From Balanoglossus misakiensis (lineage: Eukaryota > Animalia > Hemichordata): a stretch of DNA of 64,000 nt. Made by a program: the position numbers and the translations under genes. The notes below the pieces were generated by a model, which was not told the DNA's origin, did no database searches, and saw only the letters and a list, made by a program, of their open reading frames with translations. Position 1 is the first letter of the stretch; every line of letters begins with the position of its first letter. Location of the stretch: the NCBI GenBank assembly GCA_040954595.2, contig CM082596.2, positions 9,320,461 through 9,384,460 on the forward strand, in the 5' to 3' direction. Positions 38,501 to 51,100 of the stretch are shown in pieces.

Positions 38501-39230
38501 TTTTAATGTATGCAGGGAAGAGATATGATTACACACCACCCGTGTACAGAGCGAGGAATAGGCTGGCTGCCATAGACCACAATGTTCACAATGACAGGCC
38601 AGTCAAGAGGAAAAAGAATGGTGAAGTTGTGTAAGTTCTTCCTACTGATGTATTTTTTATTATGAGTAGTGAATTGGTGTTGTACCTACTTATCAGCCAA
38701 AATTAACATGTCCTTTGCACTTGCTGTTGAAATTGAACTAATTAGTTTAACACACAATAACTTGATTTAGGGTCACGTAAGGCCATTTTTTTGGCCATTT
38801 TTTTCACAGCTTTAGTAACATTATGTGCTCAAATATATTAACGACCAAAGCTTTCTTTTCTTCCAATTGAAAAATTAGTAGTTCAGATATTTTAACACTT
38901 AAAATAGGTATTGACACATTTCCAAGTAGATTTGAATGAATTACATCATATCATTATACTTGATGCAGGCTTCATAGGCGCTTCAACAAAAAAAGCAACA
39001 GATGGAGTGTCTTTCAAGAGAAAGAGAAAAAAACCTACCCACACATCACAGACATCAAGAGAATTATCCTTGAAAGGCGTTTACAAGACCGTGAAGGAAT
39101 GCAGAAAAGAAAACCTATGGAGGCAACAGATCCGAGGAGGATTTCTGCTCACCTGGCGGCCCTACCTCCACCACCAACGGCAACGATAGCACAGGAAACT
39201 GTGTCGAGGCGGCAGTCCTCATCAGTGTGA
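35515..39230 (+). pseudogene. Kolobok transposase (multi-exon; catalytic core deleted near 38020)
   Basis: Exon 1 35515-35711 (VYIGRQMDRW..LAKELIDW), several small exons, 37783-38212 (VNEHSW..CDHGPL..WLKKGSPAH..INFR), 38466-38629 (STAELETFQQHILMYAGKR..YRARNRLAAIDHN) and 38969-39230 (RFNKKSNRWSV). The frame changes at the junction and the first two catalytic Asp motifs are absent. Confidence 0.85.
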
Positions 39231-40002
39231 TCTGATATGTATTTGGTCTGTTTTGTTTGGTCCCATTTCGTCTGTGTGTGTGTGTGTGTGTGGGACCTTA
39301 TGGAATGGGTTATGTCTGTCCACATCAAAAAAATTGAAAGTGCTTGGTATACCACCTCGATATTTGGTGTGAAGATGCAGGACGGGCTGTAGATGGTAGT
39401 TTGTTCAACTGAAGTTGTCATCTGCAAAACTATGCAAATGAGCTTTAAAATGTGAAAATTGTGATTTGAGTCACCATGGTTATTTCAAATGGTTGCAAAA
39501 TTAGAATTTATATAATCTTGTAGCAATTTTTGCCTTTTCCCCCCTTTAAAACAGTGATATTTGTGTTTTCTGTGAAAGTGATTGTCAGATTATCATTGTC
39601 AGATATGAAACAAAGTCTTACCTGCTTGTCAATGCAACCTGTGATATATTCTACATGAATTTAGTTACCTTTTAGTAGAGATGTAGTCTGTTTTACCAAA
39701 AAACAACAACAATTATATACATTTTAAAAAGAAACTTTATTTTCAATAAACATAATTACTGTTTCAAACATAACAAAAGTTGTCACTTTTTTCACAATAA
39801 ATAAGATAATAAACATTCAAAATAAAAAAAAAGAAAGAAAAATAAGCTAACGTAAAACAAACTAAATAGTACTTATATGTAAATAAAATTATGCATTCCC
39901 TGCATAAACCCTGAGTTCTTTCGATCTTAAAATCAATAATTGTGTAAAATGAGGTAGTGGAAAATATAAGGAAAAAATTGTAAATAAAATCATGTTGTTA
40001 CT

Positions 40003-41193
40003 TCACGCAAAACGGGTTGGGATAAACCCTGTGTACTGTCCGAAGTTGTCAGGGTATTTATCCCGTATACCCCAAATACAACAGCTCGCGATAACTTTCC
40101 GGTTGCCAGCTCCCAGTTTTCCGTGCTGCCACAAAATAAACTGGCGGTAGGCAGCATGCCTGTTGCACTTATTGTAATCATCGAAATCATTAGTAGCCAT
40201 GATATCCATTCTGTAGGCCCGAGCTACTGCCAATACCCCGTCATCTAAGCAGATGACTCTGAAATCCTGGGAAAATATGAATTGTTTCAATGAATATTTT
40301 TCGAAGAAATGTTGCAATGTAGCAATATCAGTCTTCTGAAAGTTTTTGTACCTTTGAAACACTGAAATATGAATTTTATGTACACATGCCTAACTAAGCC
40401 TGCACAAACTATCACAGGATCAAATCCCACCTATTTATCTCCCAAATGGGGGGGGGGGGGTGTCGGTGTTTTTCTGGATAAACATTGGTGCAAATGTCTT
40501 TGTCAACTCGCTTCCTTGAATTGTAAATTCAGAACCTACACGTGAGCATGGCCAGGGAAAATCAGGTTAAAAGAGAAAATTAATATCTTCATATCTTGTA
40601 CGCTGATTTTTGTTCTTGAAAAATGTGGACAACAAGCTGTTGTGCATTCAGTTCATAAACATACTTACAGGTAATCTAGATATACAAAACTCGGGCAGCT
40701 TCCCACAACATTTCCTCTCTGGAAGTGTTGGCATCTGCCTGCAGTTTTCACAAATACACCATTCTGGAGTGTTTGTTGATGGTTTAGGATGGTAACCTTC
40801 TTCATTATCCTGACACGGCACTGCCAAATCAAACACCAGACTGATGTCTCTCTCTACCACCTGCAACAACAGATCATGCATCTGTTCTTGCGTCATTTTC
40901 TGCAACATTTCCTGAAAATTAGATATTATTATTATTATTATTACGGTGAAGGCTATAAGCTGATGTCAGTTATGTCCGATTATTATCAAAGCAAATTTTT
41001 ACTTACGCAAACAGTATTTTTTCTTTCCTGCACATCTCGTAAAGCTTCATCTGCTCTTGTATCACCTCTTCCTCTTCCTCTGCCTCTCCCCCTACTTCTC
41101 TGTCCTCTTGCTGAACCTCTCACCCTGCCCCTTTGATTCCCTCTTGTTTGAAATTCAGTTTGAAATTCAGTTTGTGAACTGTCAGAAGATGCC
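40003..41193 (-). CDS. KolX protein, homologous to the P2X7 C-terminal Cys-rich ballast / nanor-like domain
   Basis: In-phase exons 41193-41007 (RG-rich), 40911-40669 (WCICENCRQMPTLPERKCC..CI) and 40268-40003 (RHAAYRQFILWQHGKLGAGNRKVIASCCIWGIRDKYP..GQYTGF). The start exon is uncertain (possibly MDAPYE|GT at 42173-42156). Confidence 0.85.
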
Positions 41194-42499
41194 TGCAAAA
41201 TGAGTGAACAAGAAAACTTTCAGAGAGTGGGCATAGTAGAAACATAACATTGATATTTTCCCTAAGCCACTTGATAAAAAGGTGGCCTTTGCCATAATAA
41301 TCCACACAAAGAGTGTGGTAAATCCGTCAGTAAATTTCCCATGCCATTCTACTTCCATCCAATCTAAATCCCCTAGCAAAAGGACAGCATGTTTGTCCTT
41401 ATCATGGTATCGCCATAGCAACGTAGTCAGTGCAAACAACGTCACTTGTTGTATGCCACGTGTTCTTTGCCTTGAATAGAAAGTGGTCCGTTTTGCCTTA
41501 TGATTCGGAAATTAAGGGATATTACTAAGATTGTTCACTAAAACTGAACCGCCCGGGCGTACAGCGGAAACACATTTAGCCATACTAGTACATAGGTATG
41601 TGTGTTTCCGGCTATACATGGCCGTGAAACACCGGAACACACAGATGTCGATGCTCATGTCACAAATACGCGAATACGATCGTAACTACACAACCCCAAC
41701 GCCATATTACAAACTAACAACATTTCTGAGTAAATCCAGATTCAAAACGAATTACTAGTCATAGAAAAAATATGCGAAACCACCTCGTATTCCACACGAA
41801 CCACGATGGGACCGAGAGTAGCGTAAGCCATAAACGCGTATGTATGGCGACGAGCATAACAAGCTCTGGTTCCTTGCCATTTGATCGATCAAGCCTAAAA
41901 CTGTAGTAATATCATCTTTGTTCAAGTGAAACATCGAACTGAAGAACATTTAGCAATAAAAAACGAGGTTTGAGGAGGCAGAAAACACGTGAGTTTGTTT
42001 ACAAAATGGACATACGTTACCTCATATGTAGACTCTAAGCAGTCGCTGTGCCTATGGAACTTTCGGAACTGTGTGATTAGCGTCGCGTCCTGTTCTATAC
42101 GCAACGCGGACGCGCATTTCTTTTTCAGTATCACACAGTCTTGGAGCAAGACTACCTCATATGGTGCGTCCATTGTTGTTGAGTTGCGAATAAAGGTCAC
42201 GCTCACATCACGCCGTATCACGCAGTAAGATCGGGATCTCGTTCTCCGTGTGACGCGGCATTTCTTGGGTTCCTGGTCATGTGGCTGCGTTTTCGAAAAT
42301 CGTGAATTTCTTTCGCACTGGATGTCCCAGTGTGGTAGTTGAAGGGTATACCGCTTAATTGTATGGATTCAAACAATGTAAGCGACATTTGGGGGTTATT
42401 TTTGGCAAAATTAAGTGTACACCGTTGCAGCTTAGGCGCCTTTAACGGCACCTATCTCCTAGGGTATTAGTTTTATTGCATTTCCCAGTTCATTTTCAC

Positions 42500-42860
42500 T
42501 ATCATATTTCATAGTTTAGATCAGTATTAGTTAGATATAGAATTTTTTTTTCATTTAGATATAGAATTTTTTTTTCATTCAGTAATCGTTTACAGTCGCA
42601 TTTCCTTCAGATTTCTTAGTCAGTTAGTTAGATAGATTAGTTTATTATATTAGTTCCGTTTATTATTAGATTTTTAGTTAGTATATTTTCTTATTTCAGA
42701 TTAGTTATAGTATTAGTATTTTTAGTTGGTTGATAAGTTAGTTAGATAGTTAGTTACTTAGTAGTTAGTAAGTTAGTTTGATAGTTAGTTGCTTAGTAGT
42801 AAGTTAGTTAGTAAGTTAGTTAGTTAGTTAGTTTCTTAGTTATAGTTTCAATATTAGTTT
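42500..42860 (+). repeat. Low-complexity (TTAG)n-rich tract
   Basis: Degenerate TTAG/TAGT repeats. Confidence 0.85.
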
Positions 42861-45102
42861 TTCTTCGGTAGTATTGCTCGGCCAAAGGATTGAAGTAAGT
42901 ATAATATATATTGTTAATGATTTTTCCTTGTGTTTGCGCGCAACTTCCCTTATGTAGCTGCCAGGGCCCTGTATTATATGTTCTGGTTCGCGTTGTGCAT
43001 GACATATCCGTCTTGTACCAAGAGAATCCATAAGCAAGTAGGTTGTATAGAAAGAACGGCAGGGTTTTTCATTGCGACAATTTGCTATGTTTTCTGCTTG
43101 AGTTAGGCCTACGTGTTGGAATAATGGCAGCCGGGCGTATTCGACATTGAGTGCAGCAATGCCAAAACAATACATGGTTCAAAGCAGAAAATCGGACCAA
43201 TTGATATCATAAGAATGTCAAGATTTACATGAACCCTAAAGGCAGACCAGGGCCTCTATAATTGACTATCTCCATACAGTAGAACTAATTACATGGTCTA
43301 AACATTAGCGTCGAATGGAAAAGAAAGTATTGAGGCACACCGTACACCATGAATAGAACCACGTGGAAGACAGCAGCCAACCGAGTATAAATTACAATCT
43401 GTACAAGCGCTTTCAATTTGTCTTTTCCCATAGGATTGCTGGAAAACCCGCGTCTCGTCTGCTATTGTCATTTTCATGAACGTTTGGGTCTACCCATAGC
43501 TCAGTCAAATGAATTCAAATTGAATGGTAGAAAACAATTGAATAGCCAACGCGGTCAATTTCGAGATATGTTCACCCATGGGGAAAACGGAAAATTGTTG
43601 CCTCGGTAGTTTTTATTTTTATTATGATCGACTAATCTCACGGCCTTGAATTTCAAAACCAAGCACGTTTTAACCCCTGCAATTTATTAGCGATCGAAAA
43701 AATGCTTACAAAGGAGAATAAACAACCAGCAACTTGTAAAGAGAAGTGACAAGACTTTCAATTTTACGAATATTCACGCATTAGTATTCTCGCGTACTTG
43801 CTCCGTGTCTACAGCATTTGCCACAATTGACAAAATGAGCGAAATTCACTTTTCTGCTAACCACCTTTGGAAATATTTATTATTGGCTTTCGCTGTCCAG
43901 CCGCCATTATTTTTATAGTGTCACTGTCTACACTTTAGGGCTATTTTTCACATACACTGAATGATGACGAGCTCAGCTAGTGCCCTCGAGCGATATGTTT
44001 TCCAGTCTTAGAATATCCAAACGAAAACACACCAAGTTTTCTGCCAGTTGTTTGTATTTTAATTTTCTGTCGTTGAACAAGCCGCAATGACTGTGTCTCG
44101 GACTATTTTGCAGACACACATGTTAAACTAGGTTGTCGGCATTGACAGTCCCATAAATAATATGGTATCGACCAGTGCAGGCCCACGTTCCCGTCCGCAG
44201 TTCATTTTCAACTTGAAAATTATTTTCATAGTAATTATAAGGTTATAACCGGAGCACGCCCTCAACAGGGTTGACCTTTGACCTGTCACAAAAGCACTCG
44301 ATCGCCATGACTCATGAGACTCGAGTGTCGGTGCGTCGACCAGAAGTAATGTTTATATTGATTTATTGTGTCTTCAACTTGAGTCATGTCGAGCTGAATC
44401 AAAGAGTCATGGTCCAAGCAATGATGAGACAGGTAGAATACCGTTTTCAGCCACGATATGATGTGATACACGACTAAACCAAAACGCAGCTGCAGAATCG
44501 TAGCTCGAGGTTTTACCTTGTGAGTATAATGCAGAATGTGTGTATTGACGGAAACATTAGACGCCGACCACACACAATTCCAGGTAAAAATCCGCATGCA
44601 TGTGAGTAAAACTCTGTAGTATAGGCAGTTAGAGCCCTGCGTACAGGTCTGTGTGTTCCAGGCGTTACACGGGGCAAAGACAGTGAGTAATATGGCGAAG
44701 TATGCCCCTGATATTGGCCCTCCAATAAACATCTCATCTTTTTCTATGTTTCTCAGTGTGTTGACCAATAAGGCGGGTACGTTTACACCTTTGGTTATAA
44801 TCCAGCAACAGGCCTGGTTTGGCATGCATATATGCCTGGTGAAATTCCTCCAACACCTCTTCAGGCCCAAAATAAATAATGATAGCTCCCTTAGACAGAT
44901 TCAAGTTGTAATTATATATAACTGTTGGCCTGTAATTCCTCGACCAGTAAACTAGTACAATTTACTGTCTCAGACTTTGACAGTTTACATCGATAACAAT
45001 ATTCAACTTGCAAGTAAGCTTATGTGAACACGAGGAAGCACACCTGGTATGATACCAGTTTATTTGAAATAATGACAGTTGTTATTTGTCATCCTTTTAG
45101 AT

Positions 45103-48100
45103 ATGTGGGATCAGGAATACTACTCTCCCAAATATGGTTCAATCAGGCCACAGATATTGGAGGAAAACTATAAGGTATGTTAATTTTGAAATGCAATTAC
45201 AACAAATATATTTAGTTTTGGGTTTAATAATACTGATAAGTTGGTATTTACTATGCATGAAATTCATATATTTGTGAACACAATACTGAAGGCCAAAATA
45301 AAAACGTGCTGTTACGATTACCCCACCTACCCTTATTTTAACCCCCCGACCCTAAACTTTTTAGAGCTTCGTAAATCTAGAAGTAAAAATAACAATGTCA
45401 AATATACAAAATTTATGAAAAATGAGAAATAAAAAAATAGCAAAATAAAAAAATATCCCTACCTACCTACCCTATTTTTGAAAACCAAGTAATTGGAACA
45501 GCACATTTTTTTTTGGGGGGGGGGCCTAATTCTGATCATTTGGCTTTTTGGTGAGAACTCTTCTTCTGGTAGTAATTCTGTAACAGATTTGACATTTAAG
45601 AGGTAGCTTGTTTGAATTTCGCTGTCTGTATTATGAGCATGCTGTCTTCAAAATTCCATTAGTTTGTCGGGTAAATATATCAATGTGTATACTGGGAGCT
45701 GTGATCAGATACCAAATAAGTCAATTATCTTCGAATATGTTGGTGATAGTGACAATCGTCATCTATCATGGAAACATGATGCCAATGAATGGTATGGGTG
45801 ACATGTTGCTAAACTGATGGCTGACCAAATCCCATGAGTGGAGGTGACTATAGCTCTTCCAGTTGTAAATGGACAAAATCTCTCTTTTTTGAGCTTTTTT
45901 CATGAACTTTGTGAAAAGCTGTTTCGGAAATACATGTACTGGTTAACTGTAAGACTGAACATTCATGGTGTCTTCCAACATATATTTACCGTTGAGTCAA
46001 CTTTTGTCCATGGAAACTTGACTGCACAGCCAATGTCTGTCAAAGCCGTGTGGCATATTTCTTCATGTGCCTCTGTTTTTGTTCTGCACTGTGAAGGCCA
46101 GGGCAACTTTGGGGAAGGGAATTTGTTGCATCATTAGAGTTGATCAAAATGTTTTAGGGGGAAGGGAACTGCCAATACACACTCTTGAACATTGCTGCAA
46201 AGACTTCTCAATCGAAACACACACATAGCAACCAGCAATCAGCCAGCATTTTTCTAAAATGGGCTAAAAACTCATTGCTCCAATGGCCGTCATGCCATGT
46301 GATGTGACTTACATGTAGCATGCATAAATGGTTTTGTACCATGCACCGCCCTGTTCCCCCCTATCATTGCTTCAAAATAGCAAGTTTGAGCATTTAATTA
46401 GGACTTTGATAATTGACACTGTGCTGCAATTCCTGAAAGCGTCTTTTATAATCCTAAATGATTATTCTTCCTATTTCATTTACAGAGAATTAGGCACAGG
46501 CAAAGTGTCCGCAGACATAGAGCAGAAGCACGAGACGAAAAAGTGAGCGTGTTGCGTTGCATGGTAAGTGATTCACAACAATGGTAGATAACCTGAAACT
46601 GAATTCTCTTTTAATATCTGTAACCCAGAAATAGCCAAACACATTTTATTCACACATGGCACAAGTGACTATGTGCTTTTAAAGCTTCTTTTAAAGCTTC
46701 TATATGAATATCCGCTTTTCATCTCTACTTGGAGCTTGTCAGATACCAGTAGGCTGATTGTCCTGAAATGTCTGTCATCTTGTATGTTCATACAAGTTCA
46801 ATCTCATGATACAGAAGTTCCATTTGATTATTTTCCTTTGCGGACTTCAATATGCATTTAGAATTTACTATGCATAAATTTAACAAAATTGCGTCCAGGC
46901 AATTGAAAAACTGTAATAGAACACCACCGTACCGGTATATTATTACAAAGTTTGATCTATGAATGTCATGTTGCCTGAGTGAAAATTGTAACATTTCTGT
47001 GCATTTCTGCATTATTTGTATCTTGTAAGCCTCGCTGAATACAATTTGCAAATTTGCACTTGTGGTGTATGCATCCTTCATTATCTTTGTGTAATTATGG
47101 TCAGATGTTGTGAAATATGCAGGATTTTGCATTAACTGAACCACTGATGATAATCGTTATGGCAATGTACCTTTTATTGTACAGACTTTATGAAACAAAA
47201 TAATATGTGCTACATTCTGGCAAATGGGGATATAGCTAATACTAGTATGAATTTTTGAGTGCCTGAGATGGCTATCTGTGACATGAGTGTACTACACGCA
47301 ATTGAGTCACACATAAGGTGGGTCATGGACTTTCAAATACATGACAGCGCCCTCTATTGGTTGGATATGTACATGTAGATGTCAAATTCGAACTACAGAG
47401 GCTCACGAGAGTGAACAGTTAAAGCAATATAAAGGAAATATTGGGGTTTTTAAAAAACAAACTTTTGGCATTGCAAAAAGACTCAGTATACAAAATCATG
47501 TAGTAACGACATGTTCTGCCAGATTTAGCCTGTCATCTGGACCAGATCTTGAATGAGAATTAACCTGGAGGTCAGTGAGAGATGGCTTCCATAATGAGCA
47601 TTCAGGAACAGATTTTCATTTTTAGCTCACGTGAAAATCACGTGAGCTTATGGTTTAGCGATGTCTGTGTGTGTGTGTGTGTGTCTGTCTGTATACCTGA
47701 TATCTCAAGAACCGCTGAACTGATTTCAACCAAATTTAGTACACAGGTTCAGATATCATATGGCAAGAACTGAAAAGGTTTTGGTGGGTGTGGCTTTGAT
47801 ATTAATGAAGTTATTAAAGTTTTAATTTTTCTATTACATGGTTGTCTATGAGAGCTTTCGTTAATGCTGCATATATAACCAGTGGAAACGATAGTTTGAG
47901 GAGATCGACTGTTTGAGAGCGCTGTGAAATGAGACATTCCTGGCGATATTGCCATGGTTCTGTCCATTCTCAGACGCTGTACCCGTCGTTACGAATAACT
48001 TCCCTACGTGAATCCACAAGGAAGCTAACGTTGTTTAGTTGCTTCATAGAGCGTAAATTGTTAATCTACAGGACCGTCAGACGAATACTCTTTTCAAATG

Positions 48101-51100
48101 AAGTTTGAAACTACTTACGAGTAAGTTAGTGGAGACAAAATGGCGGATAGTTGGCGTGCAGCCGAATCCGCGTTATGACTATGACGTGACCCATTCATCA
48201 AGACAAACCGTAAATGATTCACGCATATTGTGGTCCTCACGCAGTCAATCTCAAAATGTCACCAGGCTTTCTATTTGTCTATTGTTCAGAGTAAAATAAC
48301 ATGGCGGTTGATCACACTCAACAGTAAAATCCATTTTGTGTGTTTATAGACAGTCTGTTATCGCCAATACTATATAGCGATTGCTAGATGGCCTACCCAA
48401 TATTAACCCAATATGTGATCGAGCGAGAATGATAACATTGAATGTCTGTTCAGATCTCATTCCGTACGTCATACGTCAACATTTCAATTTTCGATTTAAT
48501 CCATTCATAAAGAATTTAGAGAAAGTCGTCTTGAATTGTGACCCCGACTATCAATTTTACGATGATTTTTTGGCGACGGAATACACGAGACGCCATTGCA
48601 TAACTACGTCAGCTGGACTTCCAAGGTTACCATTTTGTGTGTATGGAATCTTATCACAGAAACTACGTACTTTGACAATATGCCATGCTATATCAATGAC
48701 GCCCCAGAAAATATGTCGAAAAATGAATTTGTCTTCTCATGGTGGTGCAATATATTTTAATATCTATTTTGAGGTTGATTTTGGTTTTTGGCTAACATGT
48801 ATATCAATGTCAGCTTATAGCATAAGTTGGAGTCCGTCGTCTATGTATGTCTGTATGTGTGCCTCATACAGAATTATGTATTTTGTGAATGGATCAGTTT
48901 CGTCTAAATGTATTGATGTATGTATGTGTATGTCCATCAACATCAAAAACTTGAAACTACTGATATTTAGTGTGTACATAGAAATTGTTATTGCAAAAAA
49001 ATGCATACTGGCATTAACTGGAAAAATTTTCAAATAGTCAAAATTGAAAAACTTAATAACAGCGGATCAGATTCAGTTAAAAATTGGCGTGCATTGGTGT
49101 GCAAGTACTTTGGGAAGACCTCGTATGATTTTGTTCAGGTGGAGTCAGTATCTGGCGTTTGCTATTTTTTATGAATTTTTTGGGGAATTTTCTGCAGTTT
49201 TGTTAAAAAAATGTCTTCTCTGAAAATACATGTCCAATTGATTGGAAACTTGGTATGGAGGTTCATAGGGCTTACCTGAATCACATTTGTGCAAACGGTG
49301 GTGAAATTTGCAAAAATGCATTTTTGGGCAATATTTCCTGTTTTTGTCAAAAAATCAAATCCTGTGAAACTGTAAGTGCAATTGTTTTGATACTTTGTAT
49401 TTGGGTTTCTAGGGGTGATCTCAGTCAGATATGATCAAATTGTAATGAAATTTGCATAATTGTATTTTTTGGGAATTTCTGCAGGGTTTGGCCAAATAGT
49501 CTTCAGTAAAACCACAAGTCCAATTGATTGGAAACTTTGAATGGGAATTCATATATGTGATATCAGTCAGATTTGTCTGAATTTCCTGTTGTTTGCCAAA
49601 ATGTCTTCCTTATTGAAACTTGTTAAAGAGGTTCTTAGGCATGAACAGAAATCAGATTTGTTGAAATCTGGTGAAATATTCATACTTTTTGGTATATTTC
49701 TTGCCATTTTTGATCAAAGAGTTTTAGAATTCCATAGACTTATCTTTTTATGCAGTTCAGGATGGGGTACATGACTCATAACCCCTTACAAAAATTGACA
49801 AGGCAACAATTCCACAAACATGTTTACATTTCACAATGGTGCAACACACAACCCTTACACCATATACACTATAAACCAAAATGGTTTAACACTGGTTTTT
49901 CTAATCTTGTTATTCTGTCAACCAATCACAGTACTGCACGTGAGCATATTCAGTTAATATCTGGTATTTGATTGAAACTTCTGCAACCACACATGAAAAC
50001 AGTATCAATTTTAATGGTATAAGAACATATTTTCATCAAGTTGACCATGAAGTTGGACAAATCAGTAGTTTGATTTTAGAAGAAAACACCCATACACCGA
50101 TACGAACTCACAACTAGAGCTATATCACTGAAAAACTGATCAAACATAACAAATGTTGCGTAATTTTGTCCAATGAACTGCCGTCTCTGGGATGCATCGT
50201 CTCTGACTTATCACAGTATTGAATATCGAAACGCCACAATTGAAACTTGGGTTTTCTTAAAACCTAAAGAAACATACGCAATTATAACGGAACTCTGTGA
50301 CCTCTGCAGGCGATCTGTGCCATACAGAAGGTATTTGAACTGGTGATTCGCTGGATCTGCTGTACTTTTGTCTACATTTGTAAAAATCGCTTCTGATAAG
50401 CATTGTAACCATGTCAAACTGGGCCAATTTCAATGATATCTCACTCCACATTGGTGGTGTATGGTCATGTGTTTGCATGGCAAGCCGTGAATTGAACATC
50501 TTACTCAACTCATATTTTGGGTTAAATGAATGTGTCCCAAGTCAAATGCCTGTGATTTATTCATTAATACGACCACTGTGTATAATGTATGTACATGTAT
50601 GTGTGTGTATGTGCATTTGTATATGTACCGTGAGGGACCGTTCAGCTTTTTCGGCGGGGGGGGGGGGGGGGGGGGGGGTGGTGGGTGGCAAAATCCAGGG
50701 GGAATAACTTAAATTTTGAAGTCCAAAAGTCCATCTTTTTTTAAACGTTTAGAGGGGGTGAGGGTCACATGCCACCGAACACGGCGAACTTTTGGTTTTG
50801 AGTCCACAAAATTGCAGTTTCGCGCCCTTGAATTTACAAAATTTTCTAATGTGGGAGGGGGATACCCCCTCCATTCTTTGCCACTTTTCATTTATTGGCT
50901 GCTTTGTCTAATATACGTGGGCAGAGTACTTGCCAACCCTATCCCACTGATGCTTACTTTGAGTGGAATGGCAAAAGTAAAATTGGTCCTCCCCCAACAT
51001 TGAGTTAATTTGCGTTTGAGTTCATTAAAATGCAACTTTGAGCACTGTATTTTACAACATTTTCTTATGTGGGAGGGGGTGTCCCCCTCCCACGCCCAAC

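Larger units (their letters stand above)
35259..42441. mobile_element. Kolobok DNA transposon with both ends intact (7.2 kb), transposase core deleted
   Basis: TTAA|AGGCACCTAAGCTGTAAC ... GTTGCAGCTTAGGCGCCT|TTAA; convergent transposase and KolX genes. Confidence 0.92.

Noticed and set aside
40003-40908. P2X7 receptor gene
   Set aside because: No transmembrane or ectodomain exons are present; only the ballast-like domain inside Kolobok TIRs.
43968-44000. Hammerhead-like TGACGAGCTC..GAGCGATA
   Set aside because: The core deviates (no initial C, GATA instead of GAAA) and there is no convincing stem I.
48381-49037. 218-aa ORF
   Set aside because: It has no recognisable motifs, a non-ATG start, and lies inside a non-autonomous repeat.
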